Shown here one piece after another: positions 23,810-36,493 of a DNA stretch of 64,000 bases. Location of the stretch: contig CDMY01000929.1 in NCBI GenBank assembly GCA_001179505.1, forward strand, positions 62,001 to 126,000. The letters are read 5' to 3'. The notes beneath the pieces were generated by a model. The model was not told where the DNA came from. It ran no database searches and saw nothing but the letters and a program-made list of their open reading frames with translations. The position numbers and the translations under genes are program-made. The stretch comes from Vitrella brassicaformis CCMP3155. Lineage: Eukaryota; Protista; Chromerida. The first letter of the stretch is position 1, and every line of letters begins with the position of its first letter.

Positions 23810-26008
23810 TCAGCTGGAAGGGAGGGGGCCTTCGGGCTTGTAGGACGGCCGATGAAACGACGCCCACACTTGCTGCGTTGGATGAGTGAACGAATATACA
23901 CAGTGCATGCAGACGGACGGATAAACATCGGTTGGTGAGAGCATTTGTGTGGTCGGGACGGTACATACCAGTGTGTCCCAGCCCCTGAGCAACACTAGCT
24001 GTGCTTCCTGGCTGATGAAGTCATTCACCACATCGGCGAACTTGTCGCACGCAGCCTGCACACACACAAGAATGCGCATATGGATGCACACGTGCATATT
24101 TGTCTTCGTGGTGGTGGTGGTGGTGTCCTGCAGCATGTCGTGTGGCCAGTAGGTCATGATGAAAAAGACCTGCACACGCAGAGAGATGGGGAGAAGTGAT
24201 ATCCTCACCCACCCACCCACCCATGCACATGGCCACGTGTGTGATGCGCACCTGCGTGCACTTGCCCTGCTTCATGGTGGCCTTCCACGCCCAGTTGAGA
24301 CCGCCCTCCTTCTGACCCAGACGATCTGCGTGTCATGAACCAATGCACCAGGTCAAGAAACACACACGTGTTCGGTGATCGTGTGTGTCTGCCTGTGACA
24401 TGTGCCATACGGTGTTCGTCGAGCACGGGAGTCTCGTCGACTTTGATGGTCAGCTGATCCACAGCAGAGTGCCGCGGATTGTCCACAGTGAGGGCGCCCA
24501 TCTGCGTTAATGAATGCATGTCCACAGAGAGACTCGTGGATGCGTCCGGTGTGCGTGTGTGTTGTGTCGTCTGCGTACCTTCACATAGTTGGCGATAAAG
24601 AAGTCGCGCAGGAAGCGAATGAATGAGTTGTCGAAGTCGCACCGAGGGCCGTCCTCTGCACACAGATGAATAGAGCACACCCATGTACGGATACACACAT
24701 CCGTTCATCCCATCGCATCCACGATTGTGTGTGTGATATGCGCACTTGGATGTTTGGAGGTCTGGAGGTCACTCGCCTCCAGCTTGCGGCAGTGGTTGGG
24801 GGGCCGCTGATACTCACACACGGGTCCACACAGCCTTTTCTGGGTCGACGTCCGTGTGGTCCAGATGTGTTTGCTCTGTGGATGTGTGTATGGCCACCCA
24901 CATGATACAGGTGTTTGCTGAGGCCCCTGTACTTCTCGCGCAGCCGCGTACTGGAATACACACGCGGCCGCCCGTATGGTTGTATTTGTGTGCCAGTGAG
25001 CTCACCGTTCGACAGCAGCCGCCACTCGCTGCACTTGTCCGTCAGGATGTCATCCACCTGCATACACACACACACGGGAGCAGCGGTGCATGCGTATCGC
25101 GTCGCAATTGTGTGTCTGACCTGATATGCCCAGGCAGCGGCACCCTGATAGTTGATGAACTGACCACACCAACAACAGGCGAGCACGTCTAACAAGTACT
25201 GGTTGGTGATGCATCATGTGCCCACACACAGACGTACGTCTTCGTATGTCCCGGCGCCATGCAGGAAGGTCTCAAGGAGTCGATCCCCCTGCACACACAC
25301 GCATATCGGTGTGTCTGTCTGTCTGGAGTAAACGTACCAAATCTCTGTCCTGTGTAGTCTCCTGCCGAGCTCGGACTCCCTCCGTCACTGCCAACGTCGC
25401 CTCGGCCGTCATGGCGCTGCGGGCTCTCACCTGCACACACAAAGGTCACAGACGGGTGAGTGGGATGCGCTCTCGATTGGTGCATCATACAATCAATACT
25501 CAGCCCGGTCATTGTATTGGTATGCGTAATCGGGTGCTGTGGCAGACTCTATCTGCTGCTCTTGCTGACGCTGACGCTCCAGCTGTTGTCGCTCCCACTC
25601 CTGCTCGTGGACGGCAGGCACCATATAATGGGAAGTCACTGTGGGATGACACACACCCCTGACACAGACAGACACGCGCATGCACATCGATGAATGCATC
25701 TCCGCGTGTCTGTGTGCGGTCGTGTTGCTTACTCGTTGATGAGATACCGCTGCAGGATTCCGTCCGCCCCTCCTCCTCGAGCAGACACGCCCTGTTCGCG
25801 AGCACATGGACCCGTGTGGATCAGCAGATGCAGCATCCTTCCGCTGATCCACTGACCTGATCTGTTCTGTGGTGAGCTGCATGCAACAAACAAACACAGA
25901 CAGACAGACAGACAGACAGACAGAATGCGCTTCACTTGCATCTCCGTCCATGTGCTTCGATGTGGGCGTGAACACCTGGCTGTCGTCGATTCCGTAGAGC
26001 AACACCAT
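23810..26008 (-). CDS. Gene X copy A: lineage-specific multi-exon hypothetical protein, probably degenerating
   Basis: Exon-by-exon homology with 49802-52465 (MVLLY-GIDDSQ; GAGTYED; VDDILTDKCSEWR; EDGPRCDFDNSFIRFLRDFFIANYVK; VFFIMTYWPHDMLQ; ACDKFADVVNDF). It has a deletion fusing two exons and a frameshifted last exon relative to copy B. Confidence 0.6.
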
Positions 26009-26186
26009 CGCAGCTGATCTGGATCTGCAGATCTGTCGGACGACTGCGAGCTCAAGCTTACTAGGCAATCGCAAGAGAGCCCAAGGAGCGCAGAGAAGTA
26101 GCATGGCGACGACAGTTTGTACGCCTGAGCCCGTTGAAGCCACAAAACAGCACTCCGATTCATAGCTTTCGCTTCTTGGGTGCACG
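26009..26186. promoter_or_regulatory. Putative bidirectional promoter/5' UTR spacer (178 bp) between X(-) and Y(+)
   Basis: Head-to-head ATGs at 26008 and 26187; homologous in reverse complement to 55365-55546. Confidence 0.6.
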
Positions 26187-28170
26187 ATGGCTGCCATTGC
26201 CGCCGCCCAGGTGAGAGAAGAGGGAGCTGCGGGCCAAACCAAATCCCTGCATCATGACGTGAGCCATTTGTGCTGTCTGTGTGTGGTTTGTCATTCGGTT
26301 TGGTGCAGATGAGCGCGGCGGTACGGGCGCGGCTGCTGCCCCAGGTAGAAGGCTATCGGCTGAAGCAGGCTCAGGTATCAGCCCAACAACTCACCAACCG
26401 ACTCGTCCATTCCATGTGGTGCATCCAGCGCTCATCGGCTGCTTGCTTGTGTGTGTGTGTGTGTGTGTGTGTGTGGTGTGCAGGTCAACAGCTGCATCGA
26501 CCAACTCACACAGACGGACACCGCAGCTTCGATGGCACCACTGGTGCGGCAGGCTGCAAAGAGCACACTGACAACCGCTGCACAAAGGCCTTTGTGCCAA
26601 GTTGCTCTCGTCTTGGTGAGTCATTTGTCAGATGGTGGATAAGGTGAGTCGTCAATTTCCTGCTGTGTCCGAGCTGCTGGCCGAGTTGACGGAGTCCATC
26701 AACTCGACCATCGCACTCACAAGACATCGCCGCGCACAGGTGAGTGGGGGAGTGACCACAGGCAGGCACAAACACAAGACCCACACTGATGTGGTGTGCA
26801 CGTCTCATGTGTGTGTTGTGTGCATGTCCTTCTGTCTGTGTGTCATCAGGCGCGACGGTTGCACCTGTACGACCTCCCCGCCCGGCCCCTGAGCGTCGTC
26901 ATCGCACAGTCTGACCTCACCGCTATCGCCCGCTTCAAGTCGACTGCACGACCCATCACCGACGCCATCCGGCCGATCGCCCGCAACCTTCGACTGCCGA
27001 AGGCCATCGAGCGGGCGGGGCTGAGTGGTGTGGTGCAGTTCGACGATCAGCTGAGCCACGGCGATGTGATGAAGGCCATGTGGATGGTGGAGGAGGGGGG
27101 CGAGGGCGGCTGGGGGGAGGTAGGCGAGACGCTCAGATTCGCCGAGCATGGCGGCTACTGTCAGCTGCCGGTCACTGTGGGTGCTGGAGACCTCCAGACA
27201 CACGCCACCAAGGCGGTAAGCACGACACACAGAAGAGGCAATGGGCGAGCTGCTGGATGCGTGTGTGTTGGCTGCAGGACTTCTTGGCGCTGCCCCGTTT
27301 CTGTGTGCAGTGGATGCTCGTCGGCCGCCATGTGGCCTTCCAGCTTCCCGGCGGCCAGCAAGACGGCACACTAGAGCTGTTCCGCCACACCAATGAGATC
27401 CGCATCATCCGCAACGAGCCCAACTTCACCCTCACCATCAACCCGCCCCTCCCCCTCCCCAACCGCGCCATCCATCCCTTCTCGCGGCACCCCTTCACCC
27501 ACCACGCCAAGCCGCACGACCCGCCAGTCCGCCATCGCATTGAGTGGCATGGGTGGCAGTATGGTGTGGGCTGGGGGACGGGTGTTGTCAACAGGGTTTT
27601 CGCATCGGCGAGCTGCATGCTTAAGCGTCTGATACTGCGTCACCGGGTGCGGACTCTGGGCGGCTGCTCGCCAGCAGTGGTGGTGGACCGGTGAGTGGAC
27701 GGACGGCACGCAATGAGAGGGCGAATGGCTATGTGGTGCGCATTGATGTGTGAGTTAGTCGTGTGCGGGGTGGCCACCTCGACAGCATCATGACCCGATC
27801 ACCGCATACGCCCCTCAACGGATGCTCGGGCGTGATGGCTTACGGGCTGGCCAATGGGCTGTGTGGGCAGCTGCATGTGCTGACGACGTCGGACGACCAA
27901 TTTTTTGCATGGATCGCCTTTCGTATCCAGCCGAGCGACCACCGAAACGGTACGCATACACATTGACAACACATCCTCATGCTGTCACGTTGTCTGATCC
28001 TCTGCTGTTGTCTTTGTGCAGTGCGCGTCACCATCGGTACCACCGAGGCTGCAGCAGCAGGTGTTGCCCATGACGCCCCCTTCGCCCAGCGATTCCCCCT
28101 GACGGCCGCCAAACCCCGTCGCGTCCTCGGCCCCATCGCGGCCATCGTGCTCGACGGCCAGGCGCCTTAG
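26187..28170 (+). CDS. Gene Y copy A: lineage-expanded hypothetical protein family
   Basis: Exons read MAAIAAAQ | MSAAVRARLLPQVEG | VNSCIDQLTQ | ... RLHLYDLPARPL...GLSGVVQFDDQLSHGDVMKAMW | DFLALPRF...HDPPV | VTIGTTEAAAAGVAHDAPFAQRFPLT...LDGQAP*. Paralogues at 53358-55364 and 58659-60620. Confidence 0.75.
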
Positions 28171-28562
28171 ACACAGGGTGGGAACCACCCAGACGATGCA
28201 GAGGGTACCTGGTGTGCGGATTGTGTGGGTGTTGGGGTGTCTTCTGCAGGCTGACTGGCGTCACAGAAGTAGCTGACTGTCTGGCGGGCTGCGTGTCTGG
28301 CGGTGTCTGCATTTCATATCTGCTGCTGCATGATGGACTCATCCGGGGCCGTGTAGTGCGCGCACAGACAGACAGGTGCGGTGCGGCGTGTGAGCATATT
28401 CTGGTGCGATGAATGATGGATGCGTTTAGAATGTGGTTCGCAGAACTTCGCCCATGGCATGGCACAACCCACCCATCACAAAGTCGTCTTTCTGTCTGAC
28501 AAACCAGGCCATAAACTAAATCCCCTCTCCCTTTCCTCTCCCCAACTACCACGCACTACCTC

Positions 28563-28594
28563 ATTCCGGAGAGCAACACCATCGCAGCTGATCT
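28563..28594 (-). repeat. Remnant of gene X first exon and start region
   Basis: 31 of 32 nt identical to 25989-26020, in the same orientation. Confidence 0.85.
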
Positions 28595-28856
28595 TCCTGC
28601 AATGGAACTCACCGTTGTTTGAACTTTCTGTGCGCAGCATGTGTTTCCTCTCGTCGGCGACTGATGTATTACGAGCGATTTCAACACGCACCTTTGCAGA
28701 TCTGAACTGCTGTAAGAGTTGTGTGTTGCTCTGTCAGAGGCAGTGCTGGTGTGCATATTGGTTGTTTCTAAGAGAGTATGATGTTGAGCGTCGATCGAGA
28801 GGCGCTGCTTGCACCTTCATCACGGCATACGTCAGGTTAGTCAGTGAGTCAGTCAG

Positions 28857-29382
28857 TCAGTCAGTCGATCGGTCACGGTGGGGGTGCAGAGACGACCAGG
28901 GCCGTTGTCGGCCGTCTTCTGGGGCGAGGATATCGAAAAAAGGGTCGACGAGATATAAAATGTAGACAGCGGTTATTCCTCGGGCCTTCGAAGGGGCAGA
29001 GGAAGGGACAAACACACAGGGAGACACACGGTGAGAATGAGCTCCTGGTGGCACGCCGTCCGGCGTCCGCCAGCAGCGGCCCTTTCGCCTTTGTCTCAGC
29101 GAGCAAGTCCTTGAGCGACCCGCGCGTGAAGCTGATGCGCTGGCGAATGGGGTCATCGTCCACACATGCGGCACCGCGAGGACTCAGGGGGGCGGGAGAA
29201 GCTGTTTGCGGTGCGTGGGCAAAGCTGGCAGTGCCCTCGACGCTGACCAGAGGCGACAGACCTTCAACCACACCCTGGACACCGACACCAACACTCTCCG
29301 GCTCCTGCTGCTGGTGGTGGAAGGAGCCCGCCCTGTACACCTCCGGCGACGGCTGCAGGTACACGCACTCGCCAGTGGCCAT
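28857..29382 (-). CDS. Short hypothetical unit sharing its terminal exon with the 20231-22837 gene
   Basis: The last exon ARGITAVYILYLVDPFFDILAPEDGRQRPW and its 3' flank match 20241-20370 plus 19700-19785. The 5' part is unrelated sequence, and the splice or junction is uncertain. Confidence 0.4.
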
Positions 29383-29439
29383 CCCTAGGATTGACTGCAC
29401 AGACAGATGCACACACAGGCAGCGGGAAATGAAAGATTA

Positions 29440-29555
29440 TCAATTGCAAATTACATCGTCTCTGTCTCCGGCGAGAATTCGCGACACGGCCGTCAAATTC
29501 ACTCGGAAAAGGCACTGAGGTCACATTTCGCTTGTCAAATTGACCACAGCTGACT
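29440..29555. promoter_or_regulatory. Conserved non-coding element, copy 2
   Basis: Homologous to 23270-23375. Confidence 0.5.
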
Positions 29556-29659
29556 TCACACCCATCACGCCACCCCGACAAGTCAGCTGAAAGCCTACAA
29601 GGATTGCCCTTTACACTGTCTGCACGTCTGATTTCGTTGTTGTGTGGTGAGAGGGCGTC

Positions 29660-29780
29660 ACAATAAACGCACAACTGAGAAGTACAAATGTACAATACTC
29701 CCGAGTATTGAGCGGGATGCCCGCCGACAGGTCATTGAGTGGGATGTCCGTGTCGTGCAAAAAAGTCACACTTGTGCACC
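29660..29780 (+). mobile_element. Possible degenerate WRKY/FLYWCH-like zinc-ribbon remnant (MULE transposase-type)
   Basis: EKYKCTILPSIERDARRQVIEWDVRVVQKSHTC resembles Y-K-C...C-x-ARRQV...H-x-C, but the second Cys is missing and there is no DDE domain. Confidence 0.22.
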
Positions 29781-30802
29781 GGAGGAAAACTCACGCATTG
29801 CAGCATCAATGCCGGTTGACACTGTCGCTCTGACAGGAGCTCGCCTGCCAGTCTGGCGATGAGGTCCTGCCCCGACAACTCAACCGCAGTGCACCCCAAG
29901 TGCAGTGGCATCGAACTCACCCAGAACTCGACGATGGCCATGGACATGTTCAAATCCGAGTGTAAGCACTCAAATCCGAAGGTGTCGATGGCTGTTGTCG
30001 ATCAGCGGGTCGTCAATGCATATTTGGGGTGCCAACAGCAGCCACTTCATCAACATGTCCGCTCACGCACAAGGAGAAAGAAGAGAAGAGAGCACTGACT
30101 GTATCTGATCTTGACGTATCCTTTCACTCAATCAGTAAGTGAAGGGCTGGCTGATTCATCGCATGCGTGAATCCATGGATGGCAAAACTGTCTCCCTCTC
30201 TCCCTCCCTCCCTCTCCTTCAACAAGGCAAAATCCCTCCCTCATGGAGGCGTGCAGACAAGACACATGGACACCTGTACGTCGGCCCTTTACCCATCCAC
30301 CCTCAGCCAGAAGGGGGCCGCTTTCGAAAACAGGCCGACAGCACACACAGATATAATGGCAGAGACATAGCAGGTTTCAAAAAGGTCTCAGCCAGCCGGC
30401 ACCCAGGCACTGTACCATGCATCAATTAATGGGGATGTGTGTGTGTGTACCAGCCGCCGTCAGCCGGTCAGGAAGTCTTCACAACAGCCAGCAACAACAA
30501 AAGCAGCCATGATATATATGGATGCATCACAAATAGCACTTGACACGGGTGGACCATCTTCACTTCACAGGTACTTGCATACGGACATGAGCGATACATA
30601 ATTTACGACAACACACATGCGCCGCAGACCAGCGCAGCGCACCCACCTTTACAAAGAGCGACAGACAGGGACACTCACACGTAAGCAGCGCGGTACACGT
30701 CCAGAGGGAAACACAGCGACACCGAAAGCAGTGGAACCAGCCGACACTAAACACAAGGGCGGAAAGCTCTCATTCCCCGCGCCCCACCGGTCAATCAGAC
30801 CG

Positions 30803-32938
30803 TTAATTTCTTCCCTCCCGATGCCTCTTGAATTTGGTCGTCAGCACACTCCCGCTCTCCGTGACCAAATAGACCCTCGCCGGATCGGCCCCATCGACGC
30901 ACATCCCACACAGCGGAGCGTCCAGTGGTGAGCAGAGCCATTCGACGCTGCCCGGCCCGGCCGCCTTGCCGTCACGCGCCATCTGGTACAGCCCCTGACC
31001 CACCGACGAGCTCGCTGACGGCACTGTCGATGAGGGACTGACGGTAGTGGTTGGCGCAGACGGGCTCTTCAACGTCTGCTCTCGCTGGCCATCAGCAAAT
31101 GAGGCAACGGGCCGGGCGGTGATGTGAGGGCTGCTGTGGTGGCTGGGCAGCGGGGGCACCGTGTGTGTGTCGAGCTCTTCGGCGAGGGGAGGGAGGGAGA
31201 GGGGCGGCTGCTGGTGCTGGGGAGGGGCCTTGACGCTGCTGAGTGAGTCGGATGAGAGCTGCTGGACAGGGGAGAAGCCTGTGGGACTGCCCTGGCTGTT
31301 GCTCAGCACCACCAGCTGCAGCTCGCGCACCGTCCGTGTCTCGAGCAGCACCATGAAGAGACGGACGGTCGTCCTGGCAGCAGCAGGTGGTGTGCTCTTG
31401 CTGTCGGTCGGACGTGACTCGCCGCTGCAACTGCTGTTGGTGTCGTCCTCAGTGGCTATCTTGACGTACTTGACCAGCACGTAGAGCACATCCTCCGCGC
31501 CGGTGCCGCCGGTGGTGATAATCCGACCGGCCGCCATGTCGAGGACCTTGACGCGATACCCACTCATCACGGGGATGCCATGGCAATCGATGACGATGCT
31601 GCCTGCATCATGCTCCGCCGCCCCTGGCTTGCGCCTCTCCATCTGCCGCACAGGCTGCTGCCGCACACGCATCCCCACCGACGGGATGTCGTCCCCGCTG
31701 CCGCCCGTCTTGACGGTCTGGTTGAAGTAGAGCATCTGTCCGTCGTGTGAGGCGGCGATGCAGTTGATCTGGGTGGGGTTGCTCTGGGACGGGTCGGTGC
31801 TGGTCGCGGTGTGGGGGAAGGGCAGGTTGAAGTGTCGGGTGGGAGACTTGACCAGCTCGATCGATCGAATCCACTCCTTCTTGACCGACAAGGGCATCGA
31901 AAACGGGTGGCGGGCGCCAGCCGCCATCAAATCCAACGGACCAGTGGTGCCCTTGTACACCTGCAAATCAAAGAGGGGGCAGGAGTCACCCATATCCCTC
32001 GCAGGGTCGTTGCTCGCGTGTGCACGTACCGCCAGCCCGTTTGAGCAGAATATCGTTGCGTTCTTCGACCGCCAGATGTGGGCAGCATGCGAGGGCCTTT
32101 GTCGATATCGGGAAGGCGACCCATCGGGCATCTCGTGCAAGGAATGGGGCACAGACTGACACACGCAACAAAGCACAATCAGATGGGCGGATGGATGGAT
32201 GGAGCTATACATGGCTGGCTGCGTGCCAGAGTGTCCTTACGTGGCTCTGGGCCATCCCCCCACAGCCAACGGCAGTTTCCTCAGTGTCGGTCACGACAGA
32301 GATGTCGGTCCACTTTGGTTCGAGGAACGCCAGGCTGTTGCACTTGTAGCGCGACTCGTGTTCCACAGGGAGGTCGATGGAGCACCGCTCGCCCCGCGTC
32401 GTGATGTACAGCATACTCTGCTGTCGGTAGCCGATCAGATCGTCCTCATCATGTCGGCTGGTGCGACTTGATCTGCTGCCCGCATAGGTCTCGTTGATCA
32501 GGGCCAGCACATCGCCACCATGCACGGCGCGAAGCCTCGATACCGTCCCAGGGACCGTTAGGCTGAACGAGTGAGCCTGAAGCAAACAAGAAACACATGA
32601 AATGAGCGAAAGGTAGAGAACGTAATCAGTCGTAGATTGTACCAAGGAGAAACGGTTCCTGACACACGCCGCTTCAAGCAAGCTGCCACTGGCTCTCCAC
32701 ACCCACCCTGAGAACGAACGAAGTGCGGTGCAACGGACACATACCGAGATAAGTCTTTCGTGTTCTTCCCCATCTTTGGTATTTCCCGTTGCTGACCATC
32801 GCTGGCGGCTACACAGGGCGTGGCTCTCCCGCCCACGGGGAGCGAGGGGTCGCTATCCGCACGGGGGATGCTGTAGTCAAGAGCAGCGACTTCCTCGCAC
32901 TGCACACACAGCTTCTGGACGGGCTTCGACGACGCCAT
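30803..32938 (-). CDS. Hypothetical protein with possible beta-propeller-like segments
   Basis: Start MASSKPVQKLCVQCEEVAALDY at 32938, small exons, then a stop-free exon of about 1.35 kb (32152-30803) with beta-rich motifs (INCIAASHDGQMLYFNQ; VKVLDMAAGRII; RVYLVTESGSVL). Confidence 0.6.
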
Positions 32939-33149
32939 CAAGCAAGGGGGGTCCTGACAAGCCAAAACACCTTCTCTCCGTTCAACCACCGAAACGAACG
33001 AACACAATTCGCGTGCTCAAGCTCGCGACTCAAAACCGCTGGAGAGGAAAGGAGGGAAAACGCCAACACCGCATCATCGGCTGCTGCGCGTCGGCATCCG
33101 GCAGATCAAAATCGACGAAATCTGTGCACTTTGATCCGGTATTGCCAAG

Positions 33150-33428
33150 ATGGGCAACCTTCCAAGCAAGCAGAAGGCGCTCATCAAGAAGGTCAGCAGG
33201 GCAGCATGACGACGGCACACGTGCCGCGCTCATTCATGAATGGATCTTTGGCTGTTTGTCCTGCCCGTTTGCGTGCAGATGACTGCGAAGGGTCTTGAGC
33301 ACTGGGGGCACTACAGGTGGTGTTTCCACTACGGCACCATCCCCCTGATCTTCCTGTTCGGCCTCTGGTATGCGGGGGAACTGACCGCAAACCCTGCAAC
33401 GCTGTTCGCCAAGTGCATCTTCTCGTAA
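33150..33428 (+). CDS. TOM7: Mitochondrial outer-membrane translocase subunit Tom7 (63 aa, 2 exons)
   Basis: Exons 33150-33191 and 33279-33428 (phase 0) give MGNLPSKQKALIKKMTAKGLEHWGHYRWCFHYGTIPLIFLFGLWYAGELTANPATLFAKCIFS. Size and the H-Y/W-G-x-IP-L-x-x-x-x-G transmembrane motif fit the Tom7 family. Confidence 0.75.
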
Positions 33429-33832
33429 AGGGCTGTGCCTGCTGCCGTGCTCTTGAGGGGTCGTGATGTATAGGTAGCTCTTGCGTGACTTCTGCGGCCG
33501 TGTGTGACAAAAAAGTGACAGGAGCGCAGTTTGAAACGACAGTCCGACTTAATGCAGCACTGCAAGTCGGGATGACGTGTCGATGCTTCGTGCCCACGTG
33601 TCCGACAGAAGCAAATTTCCCACTTGACTGACCGTGACAAGTTAGCCAGTCCACCGATCGTTGTGTCAGTCACGAGTCATCCCACGAATACACTCACGAC
33701 ACAGCCACTCCATCAGCCAGCCAGCCAGCCAGCCGTACAAAAGACAGAAAATGCTATAGGGGACTAATGAGTCCTTGTCCGCTGAACTAATAAGCGCCCG
33801 TCATCCATCACGCTTGACAGACAGACCAATCA

Positions 33833-36169
33833 TTAATCCGTCGCGTAATCAATCCATGAGGGGGTGGAAGAGCCAGAGGGGGCTCTGGAAGGCTGCGACT
33901 GCTGGTGTGGGTGGTGTGGCCTAGTCGCGTTAGGCGCTGGGAGAGGTTCCGGTGTGGCGTGGGGCATCGACGGGACGCGACCAGGGCCAGCACCAACCGA
34001 GCCGCCCTCAGCTGCCGCCGGCCAAGACGCAAGCCTTGTCGGCGGCTGCTCGCCTCTTGCCTCCATCATGCCAGCAGGCAGCCCGGTTCCCCCCATTGGG
34101 CTCATGGCGCCGAAGAACGGGCTGATAGGAGCCGGCCCTGACCCCATGTGCTCGGCGAGTAATGGCAGCATCTGCCTGGTGTTCATGCCGATGCTGAGGG
34201 GGCTGCGGGGCGAGGTGCCGGGGGGAGGGGACGTCGATGGCGACGCGAGCTGGCCACCGTCTGCCCGTGGTTGCCGCCTCTGGAAGCGGTCGGCATCGGG
34301 CACATGTGGGGGGCCCGGCGCGCTTGAGGGGGTGGCAGTCAGCTCCAGCAGAGGCAGTTCGCGCTGTGAGTGAATGGGAGGGGCCAGCAGCTGGTGATAC
34401 AGAGTCTCTCCTTCCGAACGGGACACAGGAACCTGGAGAGAGACAGACAGAGAGGCAGACGGGATGTAGTCAATGATTGCAATAAGGTATGTCCTCTATG
34501 CAGTCTCTGAGTATGTGTACGTGCCGTACCTGGTCGGTGGTATCTCCGTGGTCATTGTTGTCCACTCGGTCTCTTCTCATATACCAATCCGCGCCATGGA
34601 AGCCGCGGCGTCGCTCGCGCACACGCAGCTCACCATCGTAGTCGAAGCGGCCTCCTGGGCTCACAGACAGAGACCGAGACTCATTCATCTGCTTGCCCTG
34701 CCGCCTGCCTGCTCTGCTCCCGTGTCCTTCCTCCCTTCTCACCTCTGGATGGTGGGGATGGATGGACCGGCGTGGCAGCAGCAGCAGCAGCAGCAGGAGA
34801 TGGTGGTGGTGGTGGTGGTCTCGGCTGGGGAGGACAGACCGGGCTGTATCCCCTGGCCGTCTCGCCGCGCTCGCCCACATCAGCAACACAACCTGGCAGC
34901 AAGACGCCAGCCCGAGCACCTGCAGCAGCTGCTGATGCTGCTGGCGGTGGTGGGGGTGGAGGCCGGGGTAGAGGTGGGGGTGGCACGTTCGCCTCCCTTG
35001 TCTCTAACTGAATGAGTCGCGCCCTCAGGTCCTGCTCGCGAACAACCTGACTCTCACACACACACAGAGTCAGGCAGGCGCACGAATGACCATGTCCTTC
35101 TTCTCTCGTCTCTGCACTCTGACGGCACTTGACTCACTTGTTTGGCCGTGGCCTCGATGGCGCTAACAAGGCATCGGTTCGATCGCAGGTCTCTCTCGCT
35201 GATGGGTGTGCGCGTGGTGGGCGAGAGGGGCTTTTCCGAGGCGCGGATGATGCTCAGGATAGCCTTGTACTCGTAGGTATTGCCCTGTTAACACACAGAG
35301 ATGGAGGAGAAGCTCATGAGCTGTGTGTGCTGCGAGTTTGTCGCCTCCTGCCTGGGGCTCCCCCTTACCGATGGGGTCGAGGCCGGCTGCCTGAGTATCT
35401 CCATCGTGATGGGGCAGAACATCCACTCCATGCCCTCCAACTCAGTGTCAGCTGCCGGACGGATTGGATTCATGCCATTCAACCAACACACGACAGACAG
35501 AGATGACGACACAGCGACACGGATGCATTGTGCGTGTTTCATGACTGTGCCGTGCCCACCTGCTAAAGACAGATCATTGAGGCTCTTCTGGTCTACGCTT
35601 GGGAAGCCCCTACCAGCACCAGCACCAGCAGCTGCAGCTGCAGACGGTGCTGATGCTGCTGCTGCTGGTGGTAGAGCCGCCACAGCTCCGGCCCGCTGCC
35701 TCGCCGTTTCCCGTGTAGCCGCCGGCAGCGGCGAGTTGACCTGCTCCTGCTGTTGCTGCGGTTGTTCATGACGAGTATGTTCCGCTTCGGCGGCGTCGTT
35801 GAATAAGTTGAGGAGGTGCTGCATGATGCTGATGTGCCGCTGCGCCCTCTCCATCGTGGGGCGCAACGCCTGTCGGCTACCCTGGTCCACTGCCCAGGGA
35901 GGGATGTTGGGACGCGGACCAGATCCAAATGACGGGACGAGCGGCGGAGGCATCATCACGGGGGCAGGGTGCAAGAGAGGATGGTGCGCTTGACCGCCCG
36001 ACGAAGCGGCCGCTGCAGCTGGTGCTGGAGCCGCTGGTGCCTGTGGATTTTGACCACCGCTCGCCGGTTGAGTGTGGTGGAAACCACGGCCGCTCAGAGG
36101 AGCGCTCGACGGCACTTCGTGATAACCAGAGGCATACATCTGCACAGGCAGATTCTTGTGATGAATCAC
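33833..36169 (-). CDS. U-box domain E3 ubiquitin ligase with Pro/Ala-rich flanks
   Basis: The U-box is split by an intron: FCPITMEILRQPASTPS | GNTYEYKAILSIIRASEKPLSPTTRTPISERDLRSNRCLVSAIE. This matches the CPIT...P...GxTYE..AI......SP.TR.P......L..N..L..AIE consensus. Confidence 0.85.
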
Positions 36170-36493
36170 CGGGACAGCTTTCCTTGGCGATGCATCCCCT
36201 TACCAATGAGCAGAGTCTGGTCTATTGGTTCTTGCCCGGCCTCCCGCCCCTCGTCAACACCAGAAACTCGAGGGATGCATCGATGCGCTCAAAAGGGACT
36301 CCCTTAGCTGAAAGTTGCGGTGCAATGACTTCTACTTCGAGCAGCCTCCGTCCACCAGGGATTTCCCATCTCCCCCGTCTCTCCCTCTGCTTCCCCTCTT
36401 ACCTGCGAGCTAAGGGTTTCGCTTGCGATACTTGATCCGTCGCTTTTCTTGCATCTGAGAGGCTTCGGTGTTGTGTGTGAGCCTCATCCATCT

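Noticed and set aside
26805-27709. Long antisense ORFs over Y copies (also 53570-54905 and 59220-60134) and over the kinase, U-box and GMC genes
   Set aside because: Expected shadow ORFs of GC-rich coding sequence; splice signals and paralogue conservation support the opposite strand.
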